Part shown: positions 1 to 11,300 of the stretch, one piece after another
Layout of the letters: each line of letters begins with the position of its first letter
How positions within the stretch are numbered: the first letter of the stretch is position 1
NCBI GenBank assembly: GCA_963845535.1
Contig: CAWJSK010000009.1
Location: 1-57,519, forward strand
Origin: an uncultured Spirochaetota bacterium
GTDB taxonomy: Bacteria; Spirochaetota; Spirochaetia; SZUA-6; Fen-1364
Direction of reading: 5' to 3'
DNA length: 57,519 nucleotides
Made by a program: the position numbers and the translations under genes
The notes under the pieces: model-generated
Seen by the model: only the letters and a program-made list of their open reading frames with translations
Database searches by the model: none
Told to the model about the DNA's origin: nothing

Positions 1-44
1 GGTTTCCCAAGCTGGAGTCGGGGGTTCGATTCCCCTCGCTCGCT
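1..44 (+). tRNA. 3' half of tRNA-Gly(CCC), 5' part outside window (or an att copy of it)
   Basis: Anticodon loop TTCCCAA (4-10), T arm GGGGG-TTCGATT-CCCCT (20-36), acceptor 3' strand CGCTCGC plus U discriminator. CCA not encoded. The visible part of the anticodon stem has two G-U pairs, so intactness cannot be confirmed. Confidence 0.8.
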
Positions 45-57
45 CTTCTCAGCCGTT

Positions 58-429
58 TCATGAAAAGGATATAGGCGAACCTGGCAGCGTCAAGAGATCT
101 CTGAAACGGTCACCTGTCCTTCTCACAGCGTATTGTAGCCATCGGTCAGCCCGAGCTGTCTTGTCCTCGCGCTTCAACACTGGAAAACGCAGCTCAGGAT
201 TGTCGATAATCTCGAAGCGCACCCCGTTCCATGCGTCAGCACCAACGAACCTGACAAAGTAGCGCTTTCGATTCTCATGGAAAGCGCATTCAACGTATCT
301 CCAAGGTTTGCCTCTGTGCTTGTGCGGTCCATGAATGGCTTTCATGGAGCCGACGGGAAAAAGTCCGCGCCGTGCGAGTTGCACGGTATGCAGCCAAAAG
401 CCCGCGCTGCTGCAGCTAAGATCTGTCAT
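58..429 (-). CDS. hypothetical protein (~123 aa)
   Basis: ORF 58..465; ATG at 429 has a GGGAG RBS; co-oriented downstream of the recombinase; no family recognised. Confidence 0.45.
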   Translation of the reverse strand: MTDLSCSSAGFWLHTVQLARRGLFPVGSMKAIHGPHKHRGKPWRYVECAFHENRKRYFVRFVGADAWNGVRFEIIDNPELRFPVLKREDKTARADRWLQYAVRRTGDRFRDLLTLPGSPISFS

Positions 430-484
430 CAGTGTCTCCCTTTGTGGCTGCAATCCGTCCTGCATGCAACCGGTCTTCTTCCCG

Positions 485-1435
485 TCATCTCTCGAGTGAG
501 CGGTACGGAAACCCCGGCTTCGCTGCCGCGCGCCCCCTCTCCTCCTTGCCGCACGGGACTTGAGGGCTTGAATGTTTGGCGCCCGAGAGGGCGGAAATGG
601 TCAAGGCATCGGAGCTGGCCGAGAGTTTATCCGAAACAAACGTTCGACGAAGATCATGGGGGCTGATATCCGCGATCCCCGCGTCCCTCGACCGTTCTTT
701 GAATAACCGGAAAAGCCCGTCGGCCGTTAATCGGCTTTGCAATTCATGCTTACCGGGCGCTCTCACTCCCCGGAAAAACGGCCCAGGAGCATCTCCCCGT
801 TTTGCCAGGAAGTCGAGGATGGCCTCGGCGCCGCCATTGTTTATGAACACCAAGCGCTCGTGTCCTCCTTTTCCCCGCACTCGTATCACGAAGGCCTCGG
901 CGACGGCCTTCACGTCATCCGCGTCCAGCGCGGCAATCTCAGACCGCCGCAGCCCTCCGCAGTAGCCGAGGGCAAAGACTGCCAGGTCCCGCCTGCCCTT
1001 GAAAGTCCCGTCGATGCAGGTCTCCACGAGGGCCTGAATATCATGGGGTGACAGGAACCTGCCGAGATGTCCCGAGGATTTCCGTACGGCCTTGACGCCG
1101 AGAATCTTTGCGAACGTCCCGCCTTTGATCTGTCCGAGCTGCCATGCCACCCTCAGGGTGCCCTTCAAAGCCGTCAGATAGCGATTGGCGGTAGCAGGCT
1201 CGAAAGTTCCGGAAAGCCACGATCGCAAAGCTGCAACATGTTCGGCTTTCATCTCATGCCATGGGGCGTTCTTCGCGTCGACATATCCGAGCCGCTGGGC
1301 CACGGCGTCCAGAGATCCCCGAATCGCAAAGCGGCCTTTTTTTGCCAGGTCAGCCAGGTAGATCAGGGCGGGGCTGGTCGTTACCTGCGGGATCTGGCCG
1401 GGTCGATCAAAATCATTTTCCATAGGACCCCTCAT
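485..1435 (-). CDS. XerC-like tyrosine recombinase, C-terminal catalytic Tyr motif apparently missing
   Basis: PATANRYLTALKG, GGLRRSE (R), RGKG (K), SPHDLRRTF (HxxR); C-terminus GAKHSSPQVPCGKEE lacks the usual TTxxY. Confidence 0.85.
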   Translation of the reverse strand: MRGPMENDFDRPGQIPQVTTSPALIYLADLAKKGRFAIRGSLDAVAQRLGYVDAKNAPWHEMKAEHVAALRSWLSGTFEPATANRYLTALKGTLRVAWQLGQIKGGTFAKILGVKAVRKSSGHLGRFLSPHDIQALVETCIDGTFKGRRDLAVFALGYCGGLRRSEIAALDADDVKAVAEAFVIRVRGKGGHERLVFINNGGAEAILDFLAKRGDAPGPFFRGVRAPGKHELQSRLTADGLFRLFKERSRDAGIADISPHDLRRTFVSDKLSASSDALTISALSGAKHSSPQVPCGKEERGRAAAKPGFPYRSLER

Positions 1436-1451
1436 TTTTCTTTGGAAACCA

Positions 1452-2114
1452 TCAGTATCCCGCGTTGTTCAGAGCCCAGTACGCTGACGTTCCCTTCAAC
1501 TTTCCGTTGTCGCCGGCATAATCGAAGGCGGTTTTCCCGTTGAAATTCACCGTCTTGCCGTTAGCCCCGGCGCCCAACAGAAGGGTGACGATTTTAGGAT
1601 TTGGGTTCTCCTTCGCTGCCCACATCAGCGCCGTCATGCCGGAGCTGTCCGCATCATTTACGCTCGATCCCGCGGCCAGCAACAGCCGCAGAACGTCAGC
1701 GTTCGGGTTGTTGTTTGCGCTCAGGATAAGAGATGTCTGGCCGTCTCTGCTCTTGGCCGTGACATTCGCCCCTGATGCAAGCAACGCCTTCACGACGAGC
1801 GGGCTCGGATTGTACGCTGAGGCCCACATCAGCGGCGTGAGACCGAGACCGTCCCTGTCCTCGATGTTTGCACCCGCTGCGATGAGGACCTTTATCACCT
1901 CGGGATTCGGATTGTCGCGCGCGGCAGACATCAGGGGAGTTGCGCCCGTTGCGTCTCTCTCCGCGACGTCTGCTCCCCCTTTGACGGCGCTCACGACCTG
2001 CTCAGGGCTTCCATTCCTGGCCAGACCGATGAGAGATCCACCGGGTGCCTTGCTCACTGCGAATGCGAGGGAAGCGATCAAAAAGATCCCCGCGCATAAC
2101 ACTAATCTTTTCAT
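1452..2114 (-). CDS. exported ankyrin-repeat protein
   Basis: Signal peptide MKRLVLCAGIFLIASLAFA; about five 34-aa repeats of the form GxTPLMxA..N.NP.V...L..AGA. Confidence 0.9.
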   Translation of the reverse strand: MKRLVLCAGIFLIASLAFAVSKAPGGSLIGLARNGSPEQVVSAVKGGADVAERDATGATPLMSAARDNPNPEVIKVLIAAGANIEDRDGLGLTPLMWASAYNPSPLVVKALLASGANVTAKSRDGQTSLILSANNNPNADVLRLLLAAGSSVNDADSSGMTALMWAAKENPNPKIVTLLLGAGANGKTVNFNGKTAFDYAGDNGKLKGTSAYWALNNAGY

Positions 2115-2193
2115 GCTATTTCTCCCTGCCGCCTATTTCTCGGCGGCAAACTGAATCTGAACCATGCAATCAACCACCAGGAGGCAGAGCTCC

Positions 2194-3072
2194 CTACGGC
2201 TTGATCGCAGCAGGAGCCTTGCTCCAGGGCAGGATTCCCGCCATTTCTCCGATGACGTTTACCAGCTCCGTATTCGACGGAACCACGATCTTGGCATTGC
2301 TGGAGAGCGCCGCCTCCACCGCGATAAGCCGTCTCAAGAGCTGAGCATTCCCGACGAAATACTTGTCCGCGGCCTCGTTGACCAGCCTGATGGCTTGCGC
2401 CTCACCCTCTGCTTCGAGAATTTTCGCCTGTCGAATGCCCTCAGCTTTCTTGATCTCAGCGCGCCGCGCGCCGTCCGCCATGGTCTCCGTGGCAGTGGCA
2501 AAATCGATTGCAGCCACCTTTTCGTTTTCCGCCTTCACGACCTTGTTCATCGTTGCCTGGACATCTTCGGGCGGATCGATCTCTTTCAATTCTGTCCGCA
2601 CGATGTCGATTCCCCAGTGCCCCGTTTCATTTCGGAGGGTTTTCTGGAGCTCGCTGTTGATCGACCCCCGCTCGCTGTTGGCGGACTTGAGAGTCATTGT
2701 GCCAATGATGTTTCGCAAGGTCGTTCTTGCAAGATTGACAATCTGGTATTTGTAGTCGTTGACCGCGTATTGAGAGTTCTTCACGTTTTCTTCGTCGCTT
2801 TTCACCTTGAAATAGACCTGGGCGTCAACGCTGGCGTTCAATTTGTCGCTGGTAATGATCTCCTGCGGCTGCGCATTCACCATGACCTCTGTTATGTTGA
2901 TCTTGAAGAGTCGATCGATGACAGGGGCTACCCAGTTGAATCCCGGGTTGGCAAAGCGGCGGTATTTCCCGAGCCGTTCCACGAGCCCTCTGCTCGTCGG
3001 CCGCACCACCCTGACTCCGGAAAGAAAGATTATGAGCACAACCACAATCGCAGCAACAATCCAGTAGTACAT
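2194..3072 (-). CDS. SPFH/band 7 (stomatin/QmcA-like) membrane protein
   Basis: N-terminal TM, GLVERLGKY, QEIITSD, TTLRNIIG, WGIDIVRTELKEIDPP, AE-rich coiled coil; start at 3072 chosen from the GGGAG RBS. Confidence 0.92.
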   Translation of the reverse strand: MYYWIVAAIVVVLIIFLSGVRVVRPTSRGLVERLGKYRRFANPGFNWVAPVIDRLFKINITEVMVNAQPQEIITSDKLNASVDAQVYFKVKSDEENVKNSQYAVNDYKYQIVNLARTTLRNIIGTMTLKSANSERGSINSELQKTLRNETGHWGIDIVRTELKEIDPPEDVQATMNKVVKAENEKVAAIDFATATETMADGARRAEIKKAEGIRQAKILEAEGEAQAIRLVNEAADKYFVGNAQLLRRLIAVEAALSSNAKIVVPSNTELVNVIGEMAGILPWSKAPAAIKP

Positions 3073-3179
3073 GACATCTCCCTTTGCCCATTCCATGGGC
3101 GCTCAACACAGACCATTGGCGACACTCGGTGCCGTCATCCTTTTCACCCTCCCCGTGAACAAAAAAACACCTTTCCGGA

Positions 3180-4067
3180 TCAAGGCTTTGCGGGATTCTT
3201 CTCGAAAAGATCCAGAAAGGCCTCTTCCGGCGCAAGCTTGGCGCGCGCATACATCCGTGCCGTCACACCCGGGTCCGCATGTCCCAGCACGGCTGCAACG
3301 GCCTGGATGTCTTTTCCCCGCTGAATCTGGATTGCAGCCCAGGTATGCCTCAACTGCTGGGCGGTCACTTCCCGCCCGATCGTCCGAAGAGCCTCGTGCT
3401 TGATGCGATTGGTAACGGATATTCGACTGAAAGGTTTGCCCTCATGCTCGAAAAGTCGGGTCGTACTGTGAAAGTGCTTCTTGATGCGCTCGACGAGCTC
3501 CTTCTTGACGTGGATCTTCCTTTCCCGGGAGCCCTTTCCTATCACTCTCACCTCAGCAAACGCGCTTTTCCCGTTTTTGATATCCGAAAGACGTATTCCC
3601 AGCATTTCCGAAACTCTGACTCCCGTGCCGATGAGAAACATGGCCATCAACCTGACGGTGGCGTCTTTCGTGCGCTCGACAAGCAGCCTGGCCTCGTTCA
3701 CATTCAACAACTTTTCCTGGGGAACCGGAAAGGAAGCGATCTTCTTCAGACGCACTGATTTCAACACATCGTCGAGCTGATACTTCTTTTGCAGATCTGC
3801 GGCATACTCGCTGTGGCGGAATGCATAGCGAATTCGGTTTTTCGCGGCGGCGATCTTTCTGTTGATAGTCGCAGGAGAGTACTTCCTGCCGTTTCCGCCG
3901 TCATCCAGCCATTTCGCGTACTGTTCAAGCCCGTCCACGATAAAAAACTTTCTGCTCTTCACGAACTCAATGAATTGCTTCACGTCGAGCCTGTACCTGT
4001 CGCGTATTCCCTCGAGCTCAGCGAGGAGCCTTCCCTGGTCTCGATTCAACTCTTGTTGTTTCGCCAT
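3180..4067 (-). CDS. tyrosine recombinase/integrase (XerC/D-like)
   Basis: YSPATINRKIAAAK, TGVRVSEM, GKGSRER, QQLRH (Q in place of the HxxR His), LGHADPGVTARMY. Confidence 0.88.
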   Translation of the reverse strand: MAKQQELNRDQGRLLAELEGIRDRYRLDVKQFIEFVKSRKFFIVDGLEQYAKWLDDGGNGRKYSPATINRKIAAAKNRIRYAFRHSEYAADLQKKYQLDDVLKSVRLKKIASFPVPQEKLLNVNEARLLVERTKDATVRLMAMFLIGTGVRVSEMLGIRLSDIKNGKSAFAEVRVIGKGSRERKIHVKKELVERIKKHFHSTTRLFEHEGKPFSRISVTNRIKHEALRTIGREVTAQQLRHTWAAIQIQRGKDIQAVAAVLGHADPGVTARMYARAKLAPEEAFLDLFEKNPAKP

Positions 4068-4229
4068 TTCTCCAATTCCTTGAGTTTGCCACATCTTTAT
4101 TGTGTAATATAACAGATAAATTGGTATCGGTCAAGGCGAAGCAGGCCCCGGCACGGCGGATCACGTACGAGAGGTCAGGCGGCCGCGAGAGAAGCAGTTG
4201 GAGGGTATGCTACAGGATGCAGCGCTCTG

Positions 4230-5342
4230 TCATAAGGTATGTTCGTAGACCCTGTATTTACGATAGGGTTTTCCGCCAATCTTCAGGGCGGTATTGGTCA
4301 TGTTGACGTTATCCTCTTCGACCCAGGACATTTCCCCTCCCCGGTACCCCTTGCGCTTTCCGTTGACGAACGTGTGGTAGTACAAGGAGAGATCGATACC
4401 TCGGTTCCTATGGTCTTTGAGCACGCCCATGCTGATCGTACGAAGGAACTTCGCCCTCTTCTTTGCCGTGAGGAGATGGAACACCCCGAAGGGGAAAAGG
4501 CGTCCGTGAGCCGCCTTGAAGGCCACGTTGAAGTCCGGCAGGGACAGGGAAACTGCGACTGGCTTTCCGTCCACCTCGGCAAAAAAAATCAGCTCGGGAT
4601 CCACGGCAATCTTCAGATCCTTGGCCATGAGATCGAGCTCGGCGGGCGTCATTGGAGTGAAAACTGCGTTTATCTGTTCGAACTGGTTATACAACTCGTT
4701 GAAGCGCTTGATCTCGCCCGCATAGTCCTTCATGTTCACGGTCCTGACCGTGAATCCCCCCTTGGCTTCAACGCGCGGCATGATTTTGGCCAGGCGTTCG
4801 GGGGTATCTGGACTGTCCAACAGCCACGCCACGAGATCCTTCCATTTCCTGTTTCCGCACTGCTGGATCACTCGGTCGTAGTAAGGCGGATTGTAGGACA
4901 TGAGGAGAACGGGCGATCCATCGAAGCCCTCGATCTGGCAGCCTATGAAGTCGTTTGCATTCGGGGACATGGGGCCAATGATGCGGGTACACCCTCTCTC
5001 TCGCGCCCACTGGAAAGCAGCGTCGAAGAGAGGCTTTGCAATCTCAGGGTCATTTTCGCACTCGAACCATCCCCAGTATGCGGCGTTCTCCTGGTGTGTC
5101 TTCTCCCAGATCGAGTCATGGATTGCGGCAATCCTCCCTGCAACGACTCCGTCCTTGCGCGCAAGGAAGAACTCTGCTTCTGCATGCTGGTAAAAGGGGT
5201 GTTTCTTGCGATTGACCTTCCTGTAGTCGTCCATGAGAAGCGGGGGGACCCAGTTCTTGTCATTCCTGTAAAGCGCGTACGGGAATTTGATGAAACCCCG
5301 TGTCTGCTTCTTTGTCACGACCTTCTCTACAGTGACTTTCAT
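4230..5342 (-). CDS. YghO-like double-GNAT acyltransferase (family includes bacterial ceramide synthase)
   Basis: FIKFPYALYRND.NWVPPL, GRIAA, WGWFECEND, IIGPM, MSYNPPYY, SLPDFN, GEMSWVEEDN, YRKYRVY; ATGA overlap with the cgs stop. Confidence 0.85.
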   Translation of the reverse strand: MKVTVEKVVTKKQTRGFIKFPYALYRNDKNWVPPLLMDDYRKVNRKKHPFYQHAEAEFFLARKDGVVAGRIAAIHDSIWEKTHQENAAYWGWFECENDPEIAKPLFDAAFQWARERGCTRIIGPMSPNANDFIGCQIEGFDGSPVLLMSYNPPYYDRVIQQCGNRKWKDLVAWLLDSPDTPERLAKIMPRVEAKGGFTVRTVNMKDYAGEIKRFNELYNQFEQINAVFTPMTPAELDLMAKDLKIAVDPELIFFAEVDGKPVAVSLSLPDFNVAFKAAHGRLFPFGVFHLLTAKKRAKFLRTISMGVLKDHRNRGIDLSLYYHTFVNGKRKGYRGGEMSWVEEDNVNMTNTALKIGGKPYRKYRVYEHTL

Positions 5343-8300
5343 GAGAGCACCTCCTTCGTGGAATTACCCATGCGCACCAGGATCTCGTGCTTGACCAGGT
5401 CCCGCGTCAAGGGAACAACTCCATCCTCCATGCGTCTGCCGTCCATCTCGATCCAGGAAACACCGCGCTCGCAGCCCTCGGGGTTCTCGACACGAACCGC
5501 ATAGAGCGCCTTCCCATGAAGATACTGTACGGAAAATCCGCTCCACCAGCCGGGAATGACAGGCTCTATCAACAATCGGTTTCCGCGTACCTTCAAGCCG
5601 AGCACCTCCTCGACCCAGGCGCGGTACATCCACGCGGCGGAGCCAGTGTACCATGACCAACCGCCGCGGCCAATCCGTCCCGGCAGGCGGTAAACGTCCG
5701 CTGCAATCGCGTACGGTTCCACCGAGTAGCGCTGCACCGACTCCGGATTCCGCGTCTGCTCGATCGGGTTGAGTATCCGCAGCAGCTTTTCTGCGCGGGT
5801 GCCGTCTCCTCGGCGAAGGAGGGCCATGGCAAGCCAGACGGCGGCGTGAGTATACTGGCCGCCATTTTCCCGAACACCTGGCGGGTACGCCCGGATGTAC
5901 CCGGGCGAGGGCACGGCTTTGTCAAATGGCGGCGTGAAAAGCAGCGCCAGCCCTTCCTCCTCACGAACCAGATGGGACCACGCGGACTCTATGGCTTTTT
6001 GCGCCCGCTCTTCGTCTGCGCCGCCGCTCAAAGAAGCCCAGGACTGGGGAAGTGAGTCGATCCGGGCCTCGGTGCTCGCCGATGAACCCAGGAGCGTGCC
6101 ATCATCGAAAATCGCCCGAACGTACCAATCCCCGTCCCACGCGGCCCTCTCGACTCGGGCAATCAACGCCTCCCGCTGATGAAGATATTCAGCGCTCATG
6201 TCTGTCCGGCCCAGCGCCTCGGACATTTCCGACATGCCCTTCAGGACATCCACGAGGAACCAGCCCAGCCAGGAGCTCTCTCCCTTGCCGCCTACCCCGA
6301 CAAGGTTCATCCCGTCATTCCAGTCCCCCGTCCCCATGAGGGGCAGTCCATGCGGCCCGGCAGTCAAGCCACGGGCAACGGCACGTCGGCAATGCTCGAA
6401 GAGCGCGGCAGTTTCCGAGGTCGCCACGGGGGTGAAAAAGGCTTCATGCTGATCTTCTCTCAGGGTTGGACCGTCGAGGAAGGGAACCTGCACGCCCAGG
6501 ATCTCCGAGTCGCCCGTAACTCGCAGGTAATGCGCAACGACGAATGGCAGCCAGAGAAGGTCGTCGGAGATGCGTGATCGGATCCCGGCTCCGTTCGGTG
6601 CATGCCACCAGTGCTGGACGTCTCCCTCCCTGAACTGCCTGCTCGCCGCAAGGATTATGTGGTCGCGCGCGAGGGATGGCGCGGCGTACAGAAGAGCCAT
6701 GACGTCCTGAAGCTGGTCGCGGAAGCCGAACGCGCCTCCTGACTGGTAGAACGCCGACCGTCCCCAGATCCGACAGCTCAGGCACTGATACACCAACCAT
6801 CGGTTGAGCAGGAAGTCCACGGAAAGCTCAGGCGTATGTGCTTCGACCGTGCCCAGGAGCTCGTTCCACCACGCCTTTGTCTCTTCCAGCGCGGCGTCGA
6901 CCCCGGTCTTGCGGAAGGAGAAGACACGTGTGCGCGCCGCCTCGCGCGACTCCACCTCACCGAGCACGCAAGCCACTTCCGTCTGCTCGCCGGGAGCCAG
7001 ATCGAGCATTGTCCGCAGGGCCGCGCAGGGATCGAGTCCCGCACCCGCGAGGCCCGACAAGGACGTCCGCTCCATGGCTGCGGCGGATCTCAAGGAGCCG
7101 TTTCGCCCGAGAAATGCGGTCCGGTCCCCGCACCACGATTCCGCCGCGACGCTGAGCGCCGCGAACGCGATGCGATCCCCGTACTCGGGATGGAAGCGGT
7201 TTCGAGCCATCAGGGTCTGGCTCTCGTCGTCCCAGTCTGTCACAACGTGCATCTGGGAAGTCTCCCGATGCTCGCCGAGCACCAATTCGACATACCATGT
7301 CACCGAAAGGGTGCGGGATCGGGAGGAGTCGTTTTTCAAACGAAGCCTCTGCAGCTTGACGGGCTGTCCCCCCTGATGATCCATGGGTACAAACACCGTC
7401 AGCTCCTGGCTGATGCCGTTGCTGTTGTGCTCGAACACCGTGTACCCGGCCCCGTGGCGTGTTCTGTACGCCGCTTCCTCCCGAATGGGCGATGCCGTCG
7501 GCGTCCAGCACAGGCCCGTCTCCTCATCCCTGACAAACAGCGCCTCGGAAGCCGGATCGGTAACGGGATCATTGGACCATGTGCTGAGTCGATTCCGCTG
7601 GCTGTTGCCGCTCCAGGTGAACCCGGCGCCGCTTTCGCTCACAAGCGTGCCGAAAGTCGGGTTGGCCATGACGTTCACCCATGGGTCGGGGGTGTTTTTG
7701 CCGGCGTCGAGATAAATCGCGTATTCGCGGCCGTCCGGGGTGAAGCCGCCCATGCCGTTGAAATAGGGCAGCTCGAGGAACGGCAGAGGAGGGGATGGAT
7801 CCTCAGAAGCTCGTTTCCAGGCCGGCCGCTGTGGCGGTTCCAGTGCCTCACCGGGTATCCCGACCTGCTGCGGCAGAGCGCCGCGCGCCCCTACGAGGAC
7901 GATGCTGGCGGCTACGTGGAGAAGGGTCAGGTCCGCCTCCGGGATCTGGTCGGCGCTGCGCAGGAAAACGCCGCCCGACTTGTCCCTGCCGGCAAGGGTC
8001 GAATGGGCCTGGATCAGCGCTTCGAGCCTTTCGTGCATTGGCCGCTCGTAGGTGCTCGCTTCTTCGGCAATGATCAGAAGGTCCGCGACCAACCCGTGCA
8101 TGCGCCAGTAGGCGTGCGCCTGGAGCATCTGCCCGACCAGGCCGACGTCACGAATCTCGTTGATGGTAACCAGGGCAATTGGCAGGTCTCCCGAGATCCC
8201 GTACTTCCAGAGGCCGGCCTGGCCTTTGACGTTTTCTTCAATCCTCTCTGCGGCTGACCGCAGCAGCCGGTTGGGGTACAGCAGGTGGCTTGCAAGCTGT

Positions 8301-11300
8301 TGAATGCGGCGCGCGTCGTCGGGCTGAATGCGGAGCACGCGCAGCTCGAGCTGCGCGGCTGCCCATGCAAAGTCCATGGCACGATCAATGGCGTGCATGT
8401 CGGCGTACTTGGCCATGAGTCGCACCGCGTGTTCCCGCGTTTCAGCAGCGGCGAGCACCAGGGAAATCACAACGTGCTGCCCGGGAGCCATGTGTATGCT
8501 TGTTCGGATGCTGAGAACCGGATCAAGCACGTATCCCTCGGTGTTGCGCGGCTCTTCGACGCTCCCCCGGGGATTCGCCAGAGTCCGTCCCCTGCCGATG
8601 AAAGTTCGGCGGTTGGTCTCGAATCGGAACGGCTCTTCCCCGGCAGCCTCGAGAGTCACGCGGTGAGCCACGTACATCGGTGGGGCGTCCTGCCCGGGCG
8701 GGCGCCGGAATGCAAGAAGCGCGCGCACGTGCGGAAGCGCTTCGGTCTGAATGAACAATGTGTTGAAGGCTGGATGCTGCCTGTCGGCCGCGTGCGGGGC
8801 CATGGAGAGCTCCCCATAGCTGCTGCATTCCAGGCGACGCGCGCGAAGCGAGCGATTGACGAGAGTGATCCGGCGGATCTCCACGTCGTCTTCGGGAGAA
8901 ACGACGACCTCGGTACGCGTCTGGATGCCATTGTCGGTGCGTTTGAATACGGCTCGATCGAGCGCAAAGGACGTGGAACATGATTCACCCGCCCCGCCGC
9001 AGGGTTGGAATGTGGCGGACCACGTTTCACCCGAGTCAGGCTCGTGGATATAGAAAAAGGTCCCCCACGGGTCTCGTGTCGGGTCCGCTCTCCATCGCGT
9101 GATCTCCTGCGCGCCCCACTGGCTGTAGCCGCCGCCGGCATTGGTGAGCATGACGCTGTAACGGCCGTTGCTGAGGAGCTGGGTCTTCGGCGTCCGCGTA
9201 TGGGCCGTGTCGAAGGTGCTCGTGGAAGGCGCGACCTCGCCGACGCTGTCAGCCGCCTGCGCGCGTTCACGCGTGGAGATGTGATGAAGCGAAGGCAGGA
9301 CCGGAACTCTCTCATGGAGCAGGGGCTCGACCGCGCGCACGCGGCCGTCGGCGTGGAAACGCCTTCGAATGGCTCCGTCGAGGAGAAAGTTCGTCAAGGA
9401 AAGCAGCCCCATGCCCTGGTGATGCGCCATGTAGGCCTGGACAACCACACCCTTTCCGCCCGCCCGGCCGGGTTGACGGCTGAAATCAATGGCGTCGTAG
9501 TATCCGTGGCCGGAAAGCAGCCCGAGCGCGGCCAGCCGCCTCAGGTTGCGCATGGTTTCAAGGGGCGCGAAACCGACAGCGAGGAGGGTGGCATACGGAG
9601 CGACGACCACCTTCTCTTCTATCTGGCGCTTCAATCCCAGCTCTGGAACACCGAATGCCCGGTACTGGTAGACACGATTGATGTCCAGGTCCGCGAATGT
9701 CGACTCGGAGATCCCCCATGGCACATGATGCCTCCGGGCATGCGCCATCTGTACGGCGACGGCGCCCCGCGCGGCCTCTTCCAGAAGCGTGTTCGGCAGG
9801 GATTCCTGAAAAATCAGGGGCATGAGGTACTCGAACATCGTCCCGGTCCAGCTCAGCAGAACGCGGCGTCGGCCTACGGACGTGTACGGGCGGCTCAGGG
9901 AAAACCAGTGCTCAAAGGAGACATCGCCTCGGGCAATCGCTACAAAGCTGCCCAGTCGAGCCTCGCTTGCCAGAAGATCGTAGAATGCCGCGTCGCGGCG
10001 TCCCTCCGACACGTTATAGCCGATCGAGAACAATCGACGATCGGGATCGTAAAGAAAACGCATGTTGATCTGTTCCGACAACCTCTGGCAGTCCGTGATG
10101 AGTCGTTCCGCGAGGCCAAGGATCTCGCCGGCCAGCCAGCGGGAAGTGGAAAATGCCTGCAGCACCCGGTCAAGCCAGGCAGAGAGCGGATCCGCGGACG
10201 CCTGTGCAGCGTCCCGCATGCGCTGCAGGATTGGAATGCAGTGAACGCACCCATTGGCCAGATCGCTCAGCGAAGGGGCGTTGGACAGGTCCGCGCGCAC
10301 CGCCTCCGCAGCCTCCGGACCCAGAGACGCGATCTGCTCCTCCGACATCTCGGAGAGTATCTCCATCCAGCCCAGGTAGCGGTCCGCGATATGCCGCCAG
10401 GCCGATGATTGCTTCGAAAGCTGTCCGGCCCAATAGTCACGGTCCTCTCCCGGGCCGGCAATCGCCTTGAGCTCCTCTTCCGGGACTCGAAGAAGCTCGA
10501 GCGAGTCGACGAATCGAGCCGGCGGGCTTTCCCACCTGCCCAGAAGCGCAGAGAGAGCATGCGAGGCGGCACTGGATGAGCTGCCGCGGCCCAGGATTCG
10601 CCGCAGGATCCTTCCGGTATCCCGCAGCCCGGAAAAGACCGCGTCATCGAGGATCGGTTCCCGAAGCATCCCGTGGAGGCCCTGCTCGAGGGCCCACAAG
10701 GCCCCCAGAAGGTTTCCGCTATCCACGGAGGAAACGTATCGGGGCTCCAGCGGAGCCAGGGTCCGCACGTCGTACCAGTTCAGCAGGTGGCCTTCGAAAC
10801 GCTGCAGCCCCCGGATGGTCTGCATGCTGAGCGTCAGTTTTTCAACGACCTGGTCCACGGTCTGGTACCGGAAATCGCGCGCAGCCAGAAGGCTCAACAT
10901 CCACAGGCCGATGTTGGTGGGGCTGGTACGCATCGCAAGCTCGTTTCGCGGGGAGACCTGGTAGTTGTCCGGGGGCAGCCAGGAGGTGCCGGCATCAACG
11001 AAATCGTCGAAATATCGCCAGGTCCTTCGCGCAATCTCCCGGAGGAAACGCGCTTCCGCGGGGGGCAGCGCGAGGGGCCGCCCCTGGGCGCGCGGTTTCA
11101 GGTTCAGGAGCCAGGCGGCCAGGGGTGAGAGAAACCACGCAGCCAGCCACGGGCTGGCATTCGCCAGCCCCGATGGCATCCAGCGCAGCATGAGGAATGC
11201 CGTGATGGCACTCGCAAGGCTGACGAGGGCCATGGACACCATGAGGACCCGCGGCCTTCTGGGATCAACGCCGGGCAGCGCCTGGGCGGATGTCCATTGG

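Noticed and set aside
72..77. TAGGCG as an inverted partner of the CGCCTAA repeats near attR
   Set aside because: A single 6-mer, expected by chance.
485..4094. Integron integrase with cassettes
   Set aside because: Neither recombinase has the IntI-specific insertion, and I saw no repeated attC structures.
4096..4125. Chromosomal dif site
   Set aside because: Poor match to the XerD arm TTATGTTAAAT; kept only as an AT-rich candidate site.
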